Below are positions 30,217 through 38,843 of a DNA stretch of 41,354 nt, one piece after another. The stretch covers positions 1 through 41,354 of the forward strand of contig JBILCO010000001.1 of assembly GCA_044353075.1 (NCBI GenBank), given 5' to 3'. The stretch is from Burkholderiaceae bacterium. GTDB taxonomy: Bacteria > Pseudomonadota > Gammaproteobacteria > Burkholderiales > Burkholderiaceae_D. Both the position numbers and the translations under genes were made by a program. The notes under the pieces are model-generated. The model was given only the letters and a program-made list of their open reading frames with translations. It did no database searches and was not told the origin of the DNA. How positions within the stretch are numbered: position 1 is the first letter of the stretch; every line of letters begins with the position of its first letter.

Positions 30217-31248
30217 ATGTCCCAGCGTATCAAGACCGCTATTTCCGGCAGCCTGCCTAAACCGGCCTGGCTGGCTGAGCCTGAAAAACTGTGGGCACCC
30301 TGGCAATTACAGGGTGAAGCGCTGGCACAGGCAAAGTCCGATGCAATGCGACTGGCGGTGGATGATCAGCTGCGCGCGGGCATTACCGTGATCGGCGATG
30401 GTGAACAGACCCGGCAGCATTTTGTGACAACGTTCATTGATCACCTGAGTGGCGTCGATTTTGTGAACCGCAAGACCGTCCGGATCCGTAATCGGTATGA
30501 CGCTGAAGTGCCGGTCGTGGTCGACAAGGTCGCACGTACGCGCTCCGTTTTCGTCGAAGATGCCAAACGCTTGCGTGCGCTGACCCAAGGGCCGATCAAG
30601 TTCACGCTGCCCGGCCCGATGACCATGATCGACACCTTGTATGACAATTACTACAAGAGCCGAGAAAAGCTGGCCTGGGCTTTTGCAGAAATTCTCAATG
30701 AAGAGGCCAAAGAACTGGCAGCCGCAGGCGTGGATGTTGTGCAGTTTGATGAACCCGCGTTCAATGTGTTTTTTGATGAAGTGCGTGACTGGGGTGTCAA
30801 GACGCTTGAGCGCGCGGCACAGGGGCTCTCATGCAAATCGGCGGTACATATTTGCTATGGCTATGGCATTGAAGCCAATATCAAATGGAAGCAGGGTCTC
30901 GGCGAAGAGTGGCGACAGTACGAACATGTGTTTCCACTGCTGGCCAACAGCGGCATTGATCAGGTGAGCCTCGAATGCCAGAATTCGCGCGTACCGATGG
31001 AATTTATTTCCATGCTCAAAGGTAAGGACGTGCTGGTCGGTGCGATTGATGTCGGCACCCAGCAAGTCGAAACGCCCGAGGCTGTCGCTGATGTCTTGCG
31101 TCGTGCAATGCAGTACGCTGACGTTGAACACATTCAGGGCTGCACGAATTGTGGTCTGGTCACCATGCCTCGGGACGTGGCATCTGCCAAGCTGCGCGCG
31201 CTGGCTGCCGGCGCGGATTTACTGAGCAAGGAATTAGGACTGGATTGA
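30217..31248 (+). CDS. mesD: Core (catalytic-domain-only) cobalamin-independent methionine synthase, MesD-like
   Basis: 343 aa, a single MetE C-terminal-type domain. GSLPKPAWLAEPEKLWAPW, DGEQTRQHFV, QFDEPAF and Zn ligands HIC...E...NCG. SD CAGGAG. Confidence 0.82.
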   Translation: MSQRIKTAISGSLPKPAWLAEPEKLWAPWQLQGEALAQAKSDAMRLAVDDQLRAGITVIGDGEQTRQHFVTTFIDHLSGVDFVNRKTVRIRNRYDAEVPVVVDKVARTRSVFVEDAKRLRALTQGPIKFTLPGPMTMIDTLYDNYYKSREKLAWAFAEILNEEAKELAAAGVDVVQFDEPAFNVFFDEVRDWGVKTLERAAQGLSCKSAVHICYGYGIEANIKWKQGLGEEWRQYEHVFPLLANSGIDQVSLECQNSRVPMEFISMLKGKDVLVGAIDVGTQQVETPEAVADVLRRAMQYADVEHIQGCTNCGLVTMPRDVASAKLRALAAGADLLSKELGLD

Positions 31249-31271
31249 TGGATGAAAGCTACAATACCGCC

Positions 31272-31499
31272 ATGGATCTTACGCTGACCGAACTGGAATC
31301 TGCCATTAACTACTGGCGGAGAATGCGGCCCTCTGTTGGAGAGGAGCGCGCACTGTCGCCCGAAGTCAATGCGCTCGCGGATACCTACGCGTTGATGATT
31401 TTTGATGGTGCCCGCACGCGCCCACTCTCCTCGCTCGGCGAGGAAGCACGCTCGCTGATCGAAGCCTGGCGCGCCGGCGCTGAAGGTAACGCCGCCTGA
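31272..31499 (+). CDS. DUF3717 family protein
   Basis: MDLTLTELESAINYWRRMRPS...ALSPEVNALADTYALMI. Start reassigned to ATG 31272. Confidence 0.8.
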   Translation: MDLTLTELESAINYWRRMRPSVGEERALSPEVNALADTYALMIFDGARTRPLSSLGEEARSLIEAWRAGAEGNAA

Positions 31500-32974
31500 T
31501 GCCGTTGTTGTCGTCGGGTTGCTGACGTCAGTCCCTTTTCGCTGCCTGAAAAAATATCCGACAGTGTCTTTTCCTCGTGCCGATTATCCTGATGTCCGTC
31601 CTGCTGATTGTCGGACTGCGATTGCAGCCAGGTATCAAGCAGGCGGGCGAGTCGCTCCGGTGAAATGCGATGCGTCGCATCTGTATGCGCATACAACCAG
31701 TCCGACAAGGCAAGAAATCGCACAAACGGCTTGTCACCCAGCACAGCCGGCATGCGTGCTGCAAAACGACCTGAATTTGCTACCAGATCCCAATAGCGCG
31801 CAAATCGCACAATGCGCTGCGTCATGCTGAAATCAATACGATCGGTTGCGAGAATCTGATACGGCGGTGCCGGATCAAAAATGAGCCCATACGTGTCGGT
31901 GTGGCGGATGATCGGTGTGCCGCGCAGACGCTTGAGTATGCCCATCTGGATTTCATGTGGCTGCAGAGTGATCAGCTGATCGAAACCGCGCGCGAAGCTG
32001 TCGATATCCTCCCCAGGCAAACCTGCAATCAGATCAACGTGCAAATGGGCGTGGGTGTCTTCACGTAGCCAGCGCAAATTGTCCATCGCTTTGTCATTGT
32101 CTTGCTTACGACTGATGGTGGCCTGCACCTCGGGATTGAAACTCTGGATGCCGATTTCGAACTGCAGCGTGCCCGGCGGGAAGCGCCGGATACTGTCCCT
32201 CAATGCGTCGGGCAAATGGTCCGGCACCAGCTCGAAATGGGCAAATACTGGATCATCGGGGTAAGCGTCGAGCTTATCGAGAAAGAATTGCAGGATGCGC
32301 AGACTATTTTTTATATTCAGGTTGAAGGTGCGATCGACAAACTTGAAAACTCGTGCGCCTCTAGCGTGCAAGCTCTCAAGCTCCTCCAGCAAGGCAGCTA
32401 GAGGAAATGGCCAGGCCGTCTTGTCGAGTGCGGACAGACAAAATTCGCATTTGAACGGACAGCCGCGCGATGCCTCGACATAAACGGTGCGCTGCGCAAT
32501 ATCGTCGGCGTTGTAGTGCGCGTATGGAAAGGCAATCTGATCCATTGGGGGCTGTTCTCCCACATGGATCTTCATGAGGGGTCTGGGTCCGTGCAGAATT
32601 TCACTGCATAGCCTAGGAAAGGTCTTGTCCCCCCATCCAGTGACCACGTAATCGGCGAGTGTAATGATTCGCTGGTCGCTCGTTTCATGCGACACCTCAG
32701 GCCCACCCAGCAGAATCGTGACCTCAGGCGCAACGCGTTTGAGTAGCGCCACAATATGCGTAAGCTCATCAACATTCCATATATAGACACCGAACCCAAT
32801 CACCCGTGGGCGGAGTGCCAGCAGCTTTTCTACCACGTCAGCAGCACGGACACCAATCACAAATTCTTGTATCTGCGTTTGCGATTGCAGATCGCCCATA
32901 TTGGCCAATAGGTAGCGCAATCCCAGCGACGTATGGGAGTAGCGCGCGTTCAGCGTGGATAAAACAATGCTCAT
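31385..32974 (-). CDS. B12-binding radical SAM protein (DUF4080-type C-terminus)
   Basis: N-terminal LSTLNARYSHTSLGLRYL...FGVYIWN...LGGPEVS, CxxxCxxC in RGCPFKCEFC, FKFVDRTFN and HVDLIAGLPGE. Start at ATG 32974. Confidence 0.9.
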   Translation of the reverse strand: MSIVLSTLNARYSHTSLGLRYLLANMGDLQSQTQIQEFVIGVRAADVVEKLLALRPRVIGFGVYIWNVDELTHIVALLKRVAPEVTILLGGPEVSHETSDQRIITLADYVVTGWGDKTFPRLCSEILHGPRPLMKIHVGEQPPMDQIAFPYAHYNADDIAQRTVYVEASRGCPFKCEFCLSALDKTAWPFPLAALLEELESLHARGARVFKFVDRTFNLNIKNSLRILQFFLDKLDAYPDDPVFAHFELVPDHLPDALRDSIRRFPPGTLQFEIGIQSFNPEVQATISRKQDNDKAMDNLRWLREDTHAHLHVDLIAGLPGEDIDSFARGFDQLITLQPHEIQMGILKRLRGTPIIRHTDTYGLIFDPAPPYQILATDRIDFSMTQRIVRFARYWDLVANSGRFAARMPAVLGDKPFVRFLALSDWLYAHTDATHRISPERLARLLDTWLQSQSDNQQDGHQDNRHEEKTLSDIFSGSEKGLTSATRRQQRHQAALPSAPARQASISERASSPSEESGRVRAPSKIINA

Positions 32975-34623
32975 GAATTTTTCTCTGCTTCCTGCAATTG
33001 TCGCCACATCACTTTACCGGTGGCTGATTTTGGCAAGGACTCAACAAAGGCCACCAGTCGCGGGACTTTATAAGCGGCCATCTCATCCCGCGCCCATTGG
33101 ATCAGCTGATCAGCGGTGAGCTGTGCGCCATCGTTGAGTACCACCACCACTTTGACGGTCTCACCTCGATAATCATCATGAGCGGCAATGATGCAACACT
33201 CGCGAATGTCGGGGTGCCGGTACATGATCGCCTCGACTTCAGCCGGCCAGACTTTGTAGCCACTGGCGTTGATCATGCGCTTGAGTCGGTCGGTGAAAAA
33301 GAAAAATCCTTCGTCGTCGACATAACCGAGGTCACCCGAGCGGAAAAATCGTTTGCCGTCGATATCGATGAAAGCTTCTCGGGTTTTTTCATCATCACCC
33401 CAATAGCCCTGAAAAATTTGCGGTCCATGCATGATGATCTCGCCCACTTCGTTGGGCGGCAACATCGCGTGCGTTTGCGGATCGATGACACGCGAGTCGA
33501 CCGAAAAAATCGGTATCCCCAAACATTGCTGCTTGAGCTTTTGCAAGGGATTCGAATGGGTGGTCGCAATGGTCTCCGACAGCCCATAGCCTTCCATGTA
33601 CCGCAGGCCGGTCAACTCCAGCAATTTCTGCGCAATTGCGGCGGGCATCGCTGCTCCGCCGCCGGACACCCGCTTGAGGCTGCTGATGTCATAGTCGTCC
33701 AGCCGCGGATTGGACAGGAAGTCGATCATCATCGTCGGTATACTGGTCCAGCTGGTGATCCGGTACTGTGTGATCCAGCGGCCGGCAAGATCGCGATCCC
33801 AGCGCGGCATGATGATCAGTGTTGCACCAGTGTAAATAGCCGCATTCATGCTGATCTGCATGCCAGTCACGTGAAACATTGGCAGACACGCCAAGACCTG
33901 GTGGTCGGGTGAGCCGCCGGCCCAGAGCGCGGCGCTGACCACCGGGAACATCATGTTGCGATGCGTATGCATGCAGCCCTTCGGACGACCGGTAGTCCCT
34001 GACGTGTAGGGCATGCAGGCCAGATCATCCGGGCCCGCTTGATGCGATGCGGGCCGCTTTTCGAAAGCAAGCGCTTCGTGCCACGGCACGAACGCCGCCT
34101 CCGGCAGGGGCAGGCGCGAGGCAGATAACCAGCCGGGCATGGGATCATCGCTGGCACCCACATAATCTGCATAACAGGCGATGACAGCATGATCGATCAG
34201 ACCTTCAGCCTGCAATGGCCTGAGTTGCGGCAGCAATTCCTGCGCAGAGAGCGCGACTCGCGCGCCGCTGTCGGTGACGGTATGGCGCAACTCGTCGGTT
34301 AGCAGCATCGGATTGACCGGCACAACCACAGCGTCTGCGCGCAGGATCGCGTAGAAACCCATCACGAATTGCGGACAATTCTGCATATGCAGGAGCACCC
34401 GGTCGCCGCGCCGCACACCACAGACCTGCTGAAGGTAACCCGCTAGGGCATCGACTTGATGTATCAATTCCCGGTAGCTAATGTCGCGGCCATAAAAAAT
34501 CAGGGCTGACTTTTCTGGATATCGACGGGCTGAAGTCTCGAGATTGTCGTAAACACTGGTCGCAGGCGGGGTGAGCTGATGAGGCAGGCCAGCAGGCCAG
34601 TGAGCATAGTGGGCAGTATTCAT
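32971..34623 (-). CDS. Long-chain-fatty-acid--CoA ligase (AMP-binding family)
   Basis: YTSGTTGRPKG, EGYGLSET, RSGDLG, DRLKRMI and LPKSATGK. Confidence 0.92.
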   Translation of the reverse strand: MNTAHYAHWPAGLPHQLTPPATSVYDNLETSARRYPEKSALIFYGRDISYRELIHQVDALAGYLQQVCGVRRGDRVLLHMQNCPQFVMGFYAILRADAVVVPVNPMLLTDELRHTVTDSGARVALSAQELLPQLRPLQAEGLIDHAVIACYADYVGASDDPMPGWLSASRLPLPEAAFVPWHEALAFEKRPASHQAGPDDLACMPYTSGTTGRPKGCMHTHRNMMFPVVSAALWAGGSPDHQVLACLPMFHVTGMQISMNAAIYTGATLIIMPRWDRDLAGRWITQYRITSWTSIPTMMIDFLSNPRLDDYDISSLKRVSGGGAAMPAAIAQKLLELTGLRYMEGYGLSETIATTHSNPLQKLKQQCLGIPIFSVDSRVIDPQTHAMLPPNEVGEIIMHGPQIFQGYWGDDEKTREAFIDIDGKRFFRSGDLGYVDDEGFFFFTDRLKRMINASGYKVWPAEVEAIMYRHPDIRECCIIAAHDDYRGETVKVVVVLNDGAQLTADQLIQWARDEMAAYKVPRLVAFVESLPKSATGKVMWRQLQEAEKNS

Positions 34624-34757
34624 TCGATATCGCAGTCGTAGCCGGGTCAGCGATTATAGGAGTCCCCCTGCCCAAGGCCGGTAAAACCCCGTCTGTCTTC
34701 GGCCTTTTGATGAAAAATAGTAACCCAATGACAAGCCTCGGGATAACCGCATGATTG

Positions 34758-34833
34758 TTTATGCTGTGCCGCACAAAAACTGCTTGACATGGGGTCGGAA
34801 GCCCGTAGAATTCGATTTGTTGCGCCGCACAAA
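34758..34833 (+). promoter_or_regulatory. phaP promoter flanked by two repeated operator-like boxes (probable PhaR sites)
   Basis: TTGACA (34784-34789)-N16-TAGAAT (34806-34811), with TGCTGTGCCGCACAAA upstream of the -35 and TGTTGCGCCGCACAAA just after the -10. Confidence 0.7.
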
Positions 34834-34879
34834 GCATCGGCGCTTATCGGAATCCACCGGAACAATAAGGAGAAACGCC

Positions 34880-35443
34880 ATGTTTACGACCGCTGACCAG
34901 TTTTCTAACGCCACCAAAGCGTCGATCGACGCTCAAATTGCTGCAACGAACGATTTCGCCAACAAGACCCTGCACAGCATGGCGGAGTTGGTTGAGCTGA
35001 ACATCGCAACGGCAAAAGCTTCGCTGGAACACAGCTCTGCTGCTGCACAACAAATTCTTTCGGCAAAAGATGCGCAAGAAGTTTTCGCGCTGACGTCTTC
35101 CCAGGCTCAGCCGAATGCCGAGAAGGCGCTGGCTTATGGCCGTCATGTGGCCAGCATCGCCACCCGTGCTCAGGCTGAAATTACCAAGGTGACCGAGGCT
35201 CGCATCAGCGAAACGTCACGTCAGGTCAACAAGCTGATCGACGATCTGTCGAAAGCAGCGCCGGCCGGTACCGAGAATGCTGTTTCCCTGCTCAAAGCCA
35301 GTGTCGCCAACGCGAATGCCGCCTACGAACAGATCGTTAAAGCCGGCAAGCATGCGGCAGAGACGATGGAAGACAGCATGAACGAAGCCGCCAAGCATTT
35401 TGTTCCGGCTACCGAGAAGCCTTCACGCTCGAAGAAAAACTAA
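34880..35443 (+). CDS. phaP: Phasin (PHA granule-associated protein)
   Basis: SD AAGGAG and ATG 34880. Ala-rich with LVELNIATAKASL...QPNAEKALAYGRHV...APAGTENAV. Confidence 0.92.
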   Translation: MFTTADQFSNATKASIDAQIAATNDFANKTLHSMAELVELNIATAKASLEHSSAAAQQILSAKDAQEVFALTSSQAQPNAEKALAYGRHVASIATRAQAEITKVTEARISETSRQVNKLIDDLSKAAPAGTENAVSLLKASVANANAAYEQIVKAGKHAAETMEDSMNEAAKHFVPATEKPSRSKKN

Positions 35444-35500
35444 GACGTCGCAGCGCACCGCTGCTGTGTCGAACACCATGGGCCGCTGATGCGGCCTATG

Positions 35501-37102
35501 TCATTTGTGGCGCGCACAGATCGACAAAGCAACCGCTTCGGCAATCCGAATTCCATCAATCGCGGCAGACATGATGCCGCCCGCATAACCAGCGCCTTCG
35601 CCAGCGGGATACAGGCCCACGGTATTGATACTCTGAAAATTGTCTCCGCGACGGATACGTACCGGCGACGAGGTGCGCGTCTCGACACCGGTCAGCACCG
35701 CATCGTGCATCGCAAAACCACGAATCTGCTTGTCGAATGCGGGCAGCGCCTCGCGAATCGCTTCAATCGCATACGGCGGCAATGCAGGATCGAGACTACC
35801 GAGCTTCACACCCGGTTGATAAGAAGGGAGCACGGCACCCCAGTCTTTTGACGGCCGCGCCGCAATGAAATCACCGACCAGCTGCCCGGGTGCATCGTAA
35901 TTTGAGCCGCCGAGTTCGAAAGCGCGAGACTCGATCGATCGCTGAAAATCAATGCCCGCCAGCGGACTACCGGGATAATCAGCCGGGGTAATACCCACCA
36001 CAATGCCAGCATTGGCATTGCGCTCATTGCGCGAATATTGGCTCATGCCATTAGTGACCACACGCCCCGGCTCAGAGGCGGCAGCAATCACCGTGCCACC
36101 GGGACACATGCAAAAGCTGTAAACCGAGCGTCCGTTGCTCGCGTGGTGAACCAGCTTGTAATCTGCCGCGCCCAGAATCGGATTGCCGGCATGCACACCA
36201 AAGCGTGCGCGGTCTATCAGTGATTGCGGATGTTCGATACGGAAACCAACGGAGAAGGGTTTGGCTTCGATATAAACGCCGGCATCATGCACCATCTGGA
36301 AAGTGTCGCGCGCGCTGTGACCAATGGCCAGCACCACATGGTCCGCATCAATCTGCTCGCCTGTGGACAAATGCAAGCCGCGAATCGCACCGTTGACAAT
36401 TTCCAGTCCATCCACCTTCTGTTCAAATCGAAACTCACCACCCAGTGCGATGATATCCGCGCGCATCTGCTCGATCATTTTGACCAAACGGAAAGTACCA
36501 ATGTGGGGCTTGCTCACATACAGAATCTCCGGCGGCGCGTCAGCCTTGACAAACTCTTCCAGCACCTTGCGTCCGTAATGCCGGGGATCACTGACCTGAG
36601 TCCACAACTTGCCGTCCGAAAAAGTACCTGCACCGCCCTCGCCGAATTGCACATTGGATTCCGGATGCAGTTCGCGCTTGCGCCAGAGACCAAAGGTATC
36701 TTTGGTGCGCTCTCGCACCGGTTTGCCACGCTCAATGATGATGGGCCGAAATCCGGATTGCGCGAGAATGAGGGCCGCAAACAATCCGCAAGGGCCAAAG
36801 CCAATGACCACCGGACGCAGAGGCGCCTTGGCCGGGGCTTGTGCGACGAACTGATAAGTCAGATCGGGGGTCGGTCCCAGTTTGGGCAGGCGGCGCGATA
36901 ACAGCACCGCTTCGTCGTCAACATCGACATCGACGGTATAGACCAACTGGATCGCCGATTTTTTTCGCGCATCGAAGGCGCGACGGAAAATATGCAAAGC
37001 TCGCAGCTGATCAGGAGCGATCCCCAACCGGTCGAGTACCGCTTCTTTTAATGCGTATTCAGGATGGTCGAGCGGAAGATGTAGGTCTGTAAGTCGCAGC
37101 AT
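35501..37102 (-). CDS. Uncharacterised NAD(P)/FAD-dependent oxidoreductase (COG2509-like)
   Basis: VIGFGPCG, ESNVQFGEGGAGTFSDGKL, SFCMCPGG, ETRTSSP and GEGAGYAGGI. Start at ATG 37102. Confidence 0.9.
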   Translation of the reverse strand: MLRLTDLHLPLDHPEYALKEAVLDRLGIAPDQLRALHIFRRAFDARKKSAIQLVYTVDVDVDDEAVLLSRRLPKLGPTPDLTYQFVAQAPAKAPLRPVVIGFGPCGLFAALILAQSGFRPIIIERGKPVRERTKDTFGLWRKRELHPESNVQFGEGGAGTFSDGKLWTQVSDPRHYGRKVLEEFVKADAPPEILYVSKPHIGTFRLVKMIEQMRADIIALGGEFRFEQKVDGLEIVNGAIRGLHLSTGEQIDADHVVLAIGHSARDTFQMVHDAGVYIEAKPFSVGFRIEHPQSLIDRARFGVHAGNPILGAADYKLVHHASNGRSVYSFCMCPGGTVIAAASEPGRVVTNGMSQYSRNERNANAGIVVGITPADYPGSPLAGIDFQRSIESRAFELGGSNYDAPGQLVGDFIAARPSKDWGAVLPSYQPGVKLGSLDPALPPYAIEAIREALPAFDKQIRGFAMHDAVLTGVETRTSSPVRIRRGDNFQSINTVGLYPAGEGAGYAGGIMSAAIDGIRIAEAVALSICARHK

Positions 37103-37211
37103 GCGGGCAGGCCCGATAGTGGGGGTGCAGGGCGGGCGATGAATCCTCATCGCCGCGCAACCAGAAGGCCGCCATTGTACCCAAAGCGCCCTGCGCCAGC
37201 ATGCTCAGCGC

Positions 37212-37988
37212 TTACTGGCTGGTTCCACTGCTGCCGGGCGCGGCATCAGACGCACCGCCTGATGAACCGGATGAACCCGATCCGCCCGGAGATTCCGATC
37301 GACCTTCGCCGCCAGTGCCAATACCACTTTTGCCTTCACTGGTCGATTTCAGATTTTTGCGGGTGTCGGTGGCCATTTGCTGATGGCTTTCTACAGTGCC
37401 GATAATTTTGCCTGCATGGCTCTTGAGCTCGGCATCCTCTGCCTTGCTGGTAATCCGCTCAAGCAGTCGATGGGTTTCACGATGAGCGCGCGTCCCTTCG
37501 TGCTGCATGTACTGGCGGTCAAATTTTTCACCTGAGAGTGCTGCCAGTTTTTTCTCAACCGACTGCTGCTGCCGATCCGGTTCAGTGGGCAAGGTGATGC
37601 TCTTGGACTGGGCGAGCTGACGCAGCTCGTCCTGTGCTTTGGTGTAGTCATCGACCATTTTCTTGGCGAAGCTTTTCACCTCATCGCTTTGCGCTTTGTC
37701 TTGCGCCAGCTTACCCAAGTTGATTTCCGAAAGATGTGCCTGGGCCAGTTGCTTGAGCATGCGCTCATCGGATTGGCTCAGTCTGATCTCGGACGCACCG
37801 GCAGATTCGGTGGTAGTGGTAGTAGTGGTTGATGATGCACCCGACGCGCTTCCTCCTTCACTTTGCGTTGCGGATGGCTGGCCTGCGTTTTCCTGAGGAT
37901 GGACGATCGGCGAATTGAGTAAAAGTGCCGTGCTGACGAGTCCGAGGAAAATTCCAGCGAGGCCGGGCTTGATTTGAGGCATAGGCAT
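37212..37988 (-). CDS. Exported DUF4142 domain protein with low-complexity termini
   Basis: SD AAGGAG, hydrophobic N-terminus, EINLGKLAQDKAQSDEVKSFAKKMVDD...LSGEKFDRQYM and a Gly/Ser tail. Confidence 0.85.
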   Translation of the reverse strand: MPMPQIKPGLAGIFLGLVSTALLLNSPIVHPQENAGQPSATQSEGGSASGASSTTTTTTTESAGASEIRLSQSDERMLKQLAQAHLSEINLGKLAQDKAQSDEVKSFAKKMVDDYTKAQDELRQLAQSKSITLPTEPDRQQQSVEKKLAALSGEKFDRQYMQHEGTRAHRETHRLLERITSKAEDAELKSHAGKIIGTVESHQQMATDTRKNLKSTSEGKSGIGTGGEGRSESPGGSGSSGSSGGASDAAPGSSGTSQ

Positions 37989-38030
37989 ACGTTTCTCCTT
38001 GCTTATTGATGGACGAAGCCTTCAATGCAT

Positions 38031-38046
38031 CGCAAGTCATGTGCCA
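38031..38046 (-). promoter_or_regulatory. Sigma-54 promoter of the DUF4142 gene
   Basis: Minus strand TGGCACATGACTTGCG matches TGGCAC-N5-TTGC exactly, about 42 nt upstream of the ATG. Confidence 0.8.
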
Positions 38047-38292
38047 TGGGCTTGCGGCCGCTGATATCCGCATTTGTCTTGGATTGTGGAAGAAAAATTT
38101 ACCGCTCACGAGGAAAAAATACGCGGCGTTGCATGGCACTGTTTGCCAAAACGCATGCATTGCTTGTCTCGCAGGGTTCCCGCACGCTATCATCCACTGC
38201 TTTTTGCCGCCAGCCCGGTTTGATCGTGCTGTTAAAGGCATGACACGAAAAAGATTCTTATACCGACTCTTGCGCACGCAGGTACCAGCCCC

Positions 38293-38805
38293 ATGAAATC
38301 AACCCGAGCCGCACCGGTAACATCACCCACCTTGCTTGCGGACAGTTCGATACGGGTCCGCCATTCCATCATTCACGGCAACGGCGTGTTCGCCACAAGG
38401 AAAATTCCTGCGGGCGCGCGCATCATTGAGTACGGTGGGAAACGCATTACCGAAAATCAGGCAGAAAAACGTTTCGGCCTTGATCCGGAAAATCCGCACC
38501 ACACATTCTTTTTTAGTCTGGAAAGCGGCAAACTGATCGATGGGGGTGATCAGGGGAATGATGCGCGATGGGTTAATCATTCCTGTGCGCCAAACTGCGA
38601 GGCCCAGGAAGAAAAAGGGCGGGTTTATATTCACGCATTGCGCGACATTTCCCGCGGCGAAGAGCTGTCCTACGACTACGGGCTGGTCATCGAGGAAAAG
38701 ATGACCAAAGCGCTGAAGCAAGCGTATGCGTGCCGGTGTGGCACAGCAGCGTGTCGGGGCACGATGCTTGCCCCGGCCAAAAAATCGACAAAAAAGAAAG
38801 TCTAA
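38293..38805 (+). CDS. SET-domain protein-lysine N-methyltransferase with post-SET Cys cluster
   Basis: HGNGVFA...IIEYGG, ARWVNHSCAPNC, ELSYDYG and post-SET CRCGTAACRG. Confidence 0.93.
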   Translation: MKSTRAAPVTSPTLLADSSIRVRHSIIHGNGVFATRKIPAGARIIEYGGKRITENQAEKRFGLDPENPHHTFFFSLESGKLIDGGDQGNDARWVNHSCAPNCEAQEEKGRVYIHALRDISRGEELSYDYGLVIEEKMTKALKQAYACRCGTAACRGTMLAPAKKSTKKKV

Positions 38806-38843
38806 TCAGCGCCAGCGCCGGGAACACCGCCCCGGCTGCGGGT

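Noticed and set aside
38006-38296. Short ORFs in the DUF4142-SET intergenic region (38006-38296, 37858-38277)
   Set aside because: No SD or motifs, and they overlap the sigma-54 promoter. The region is better explained as regulatory.
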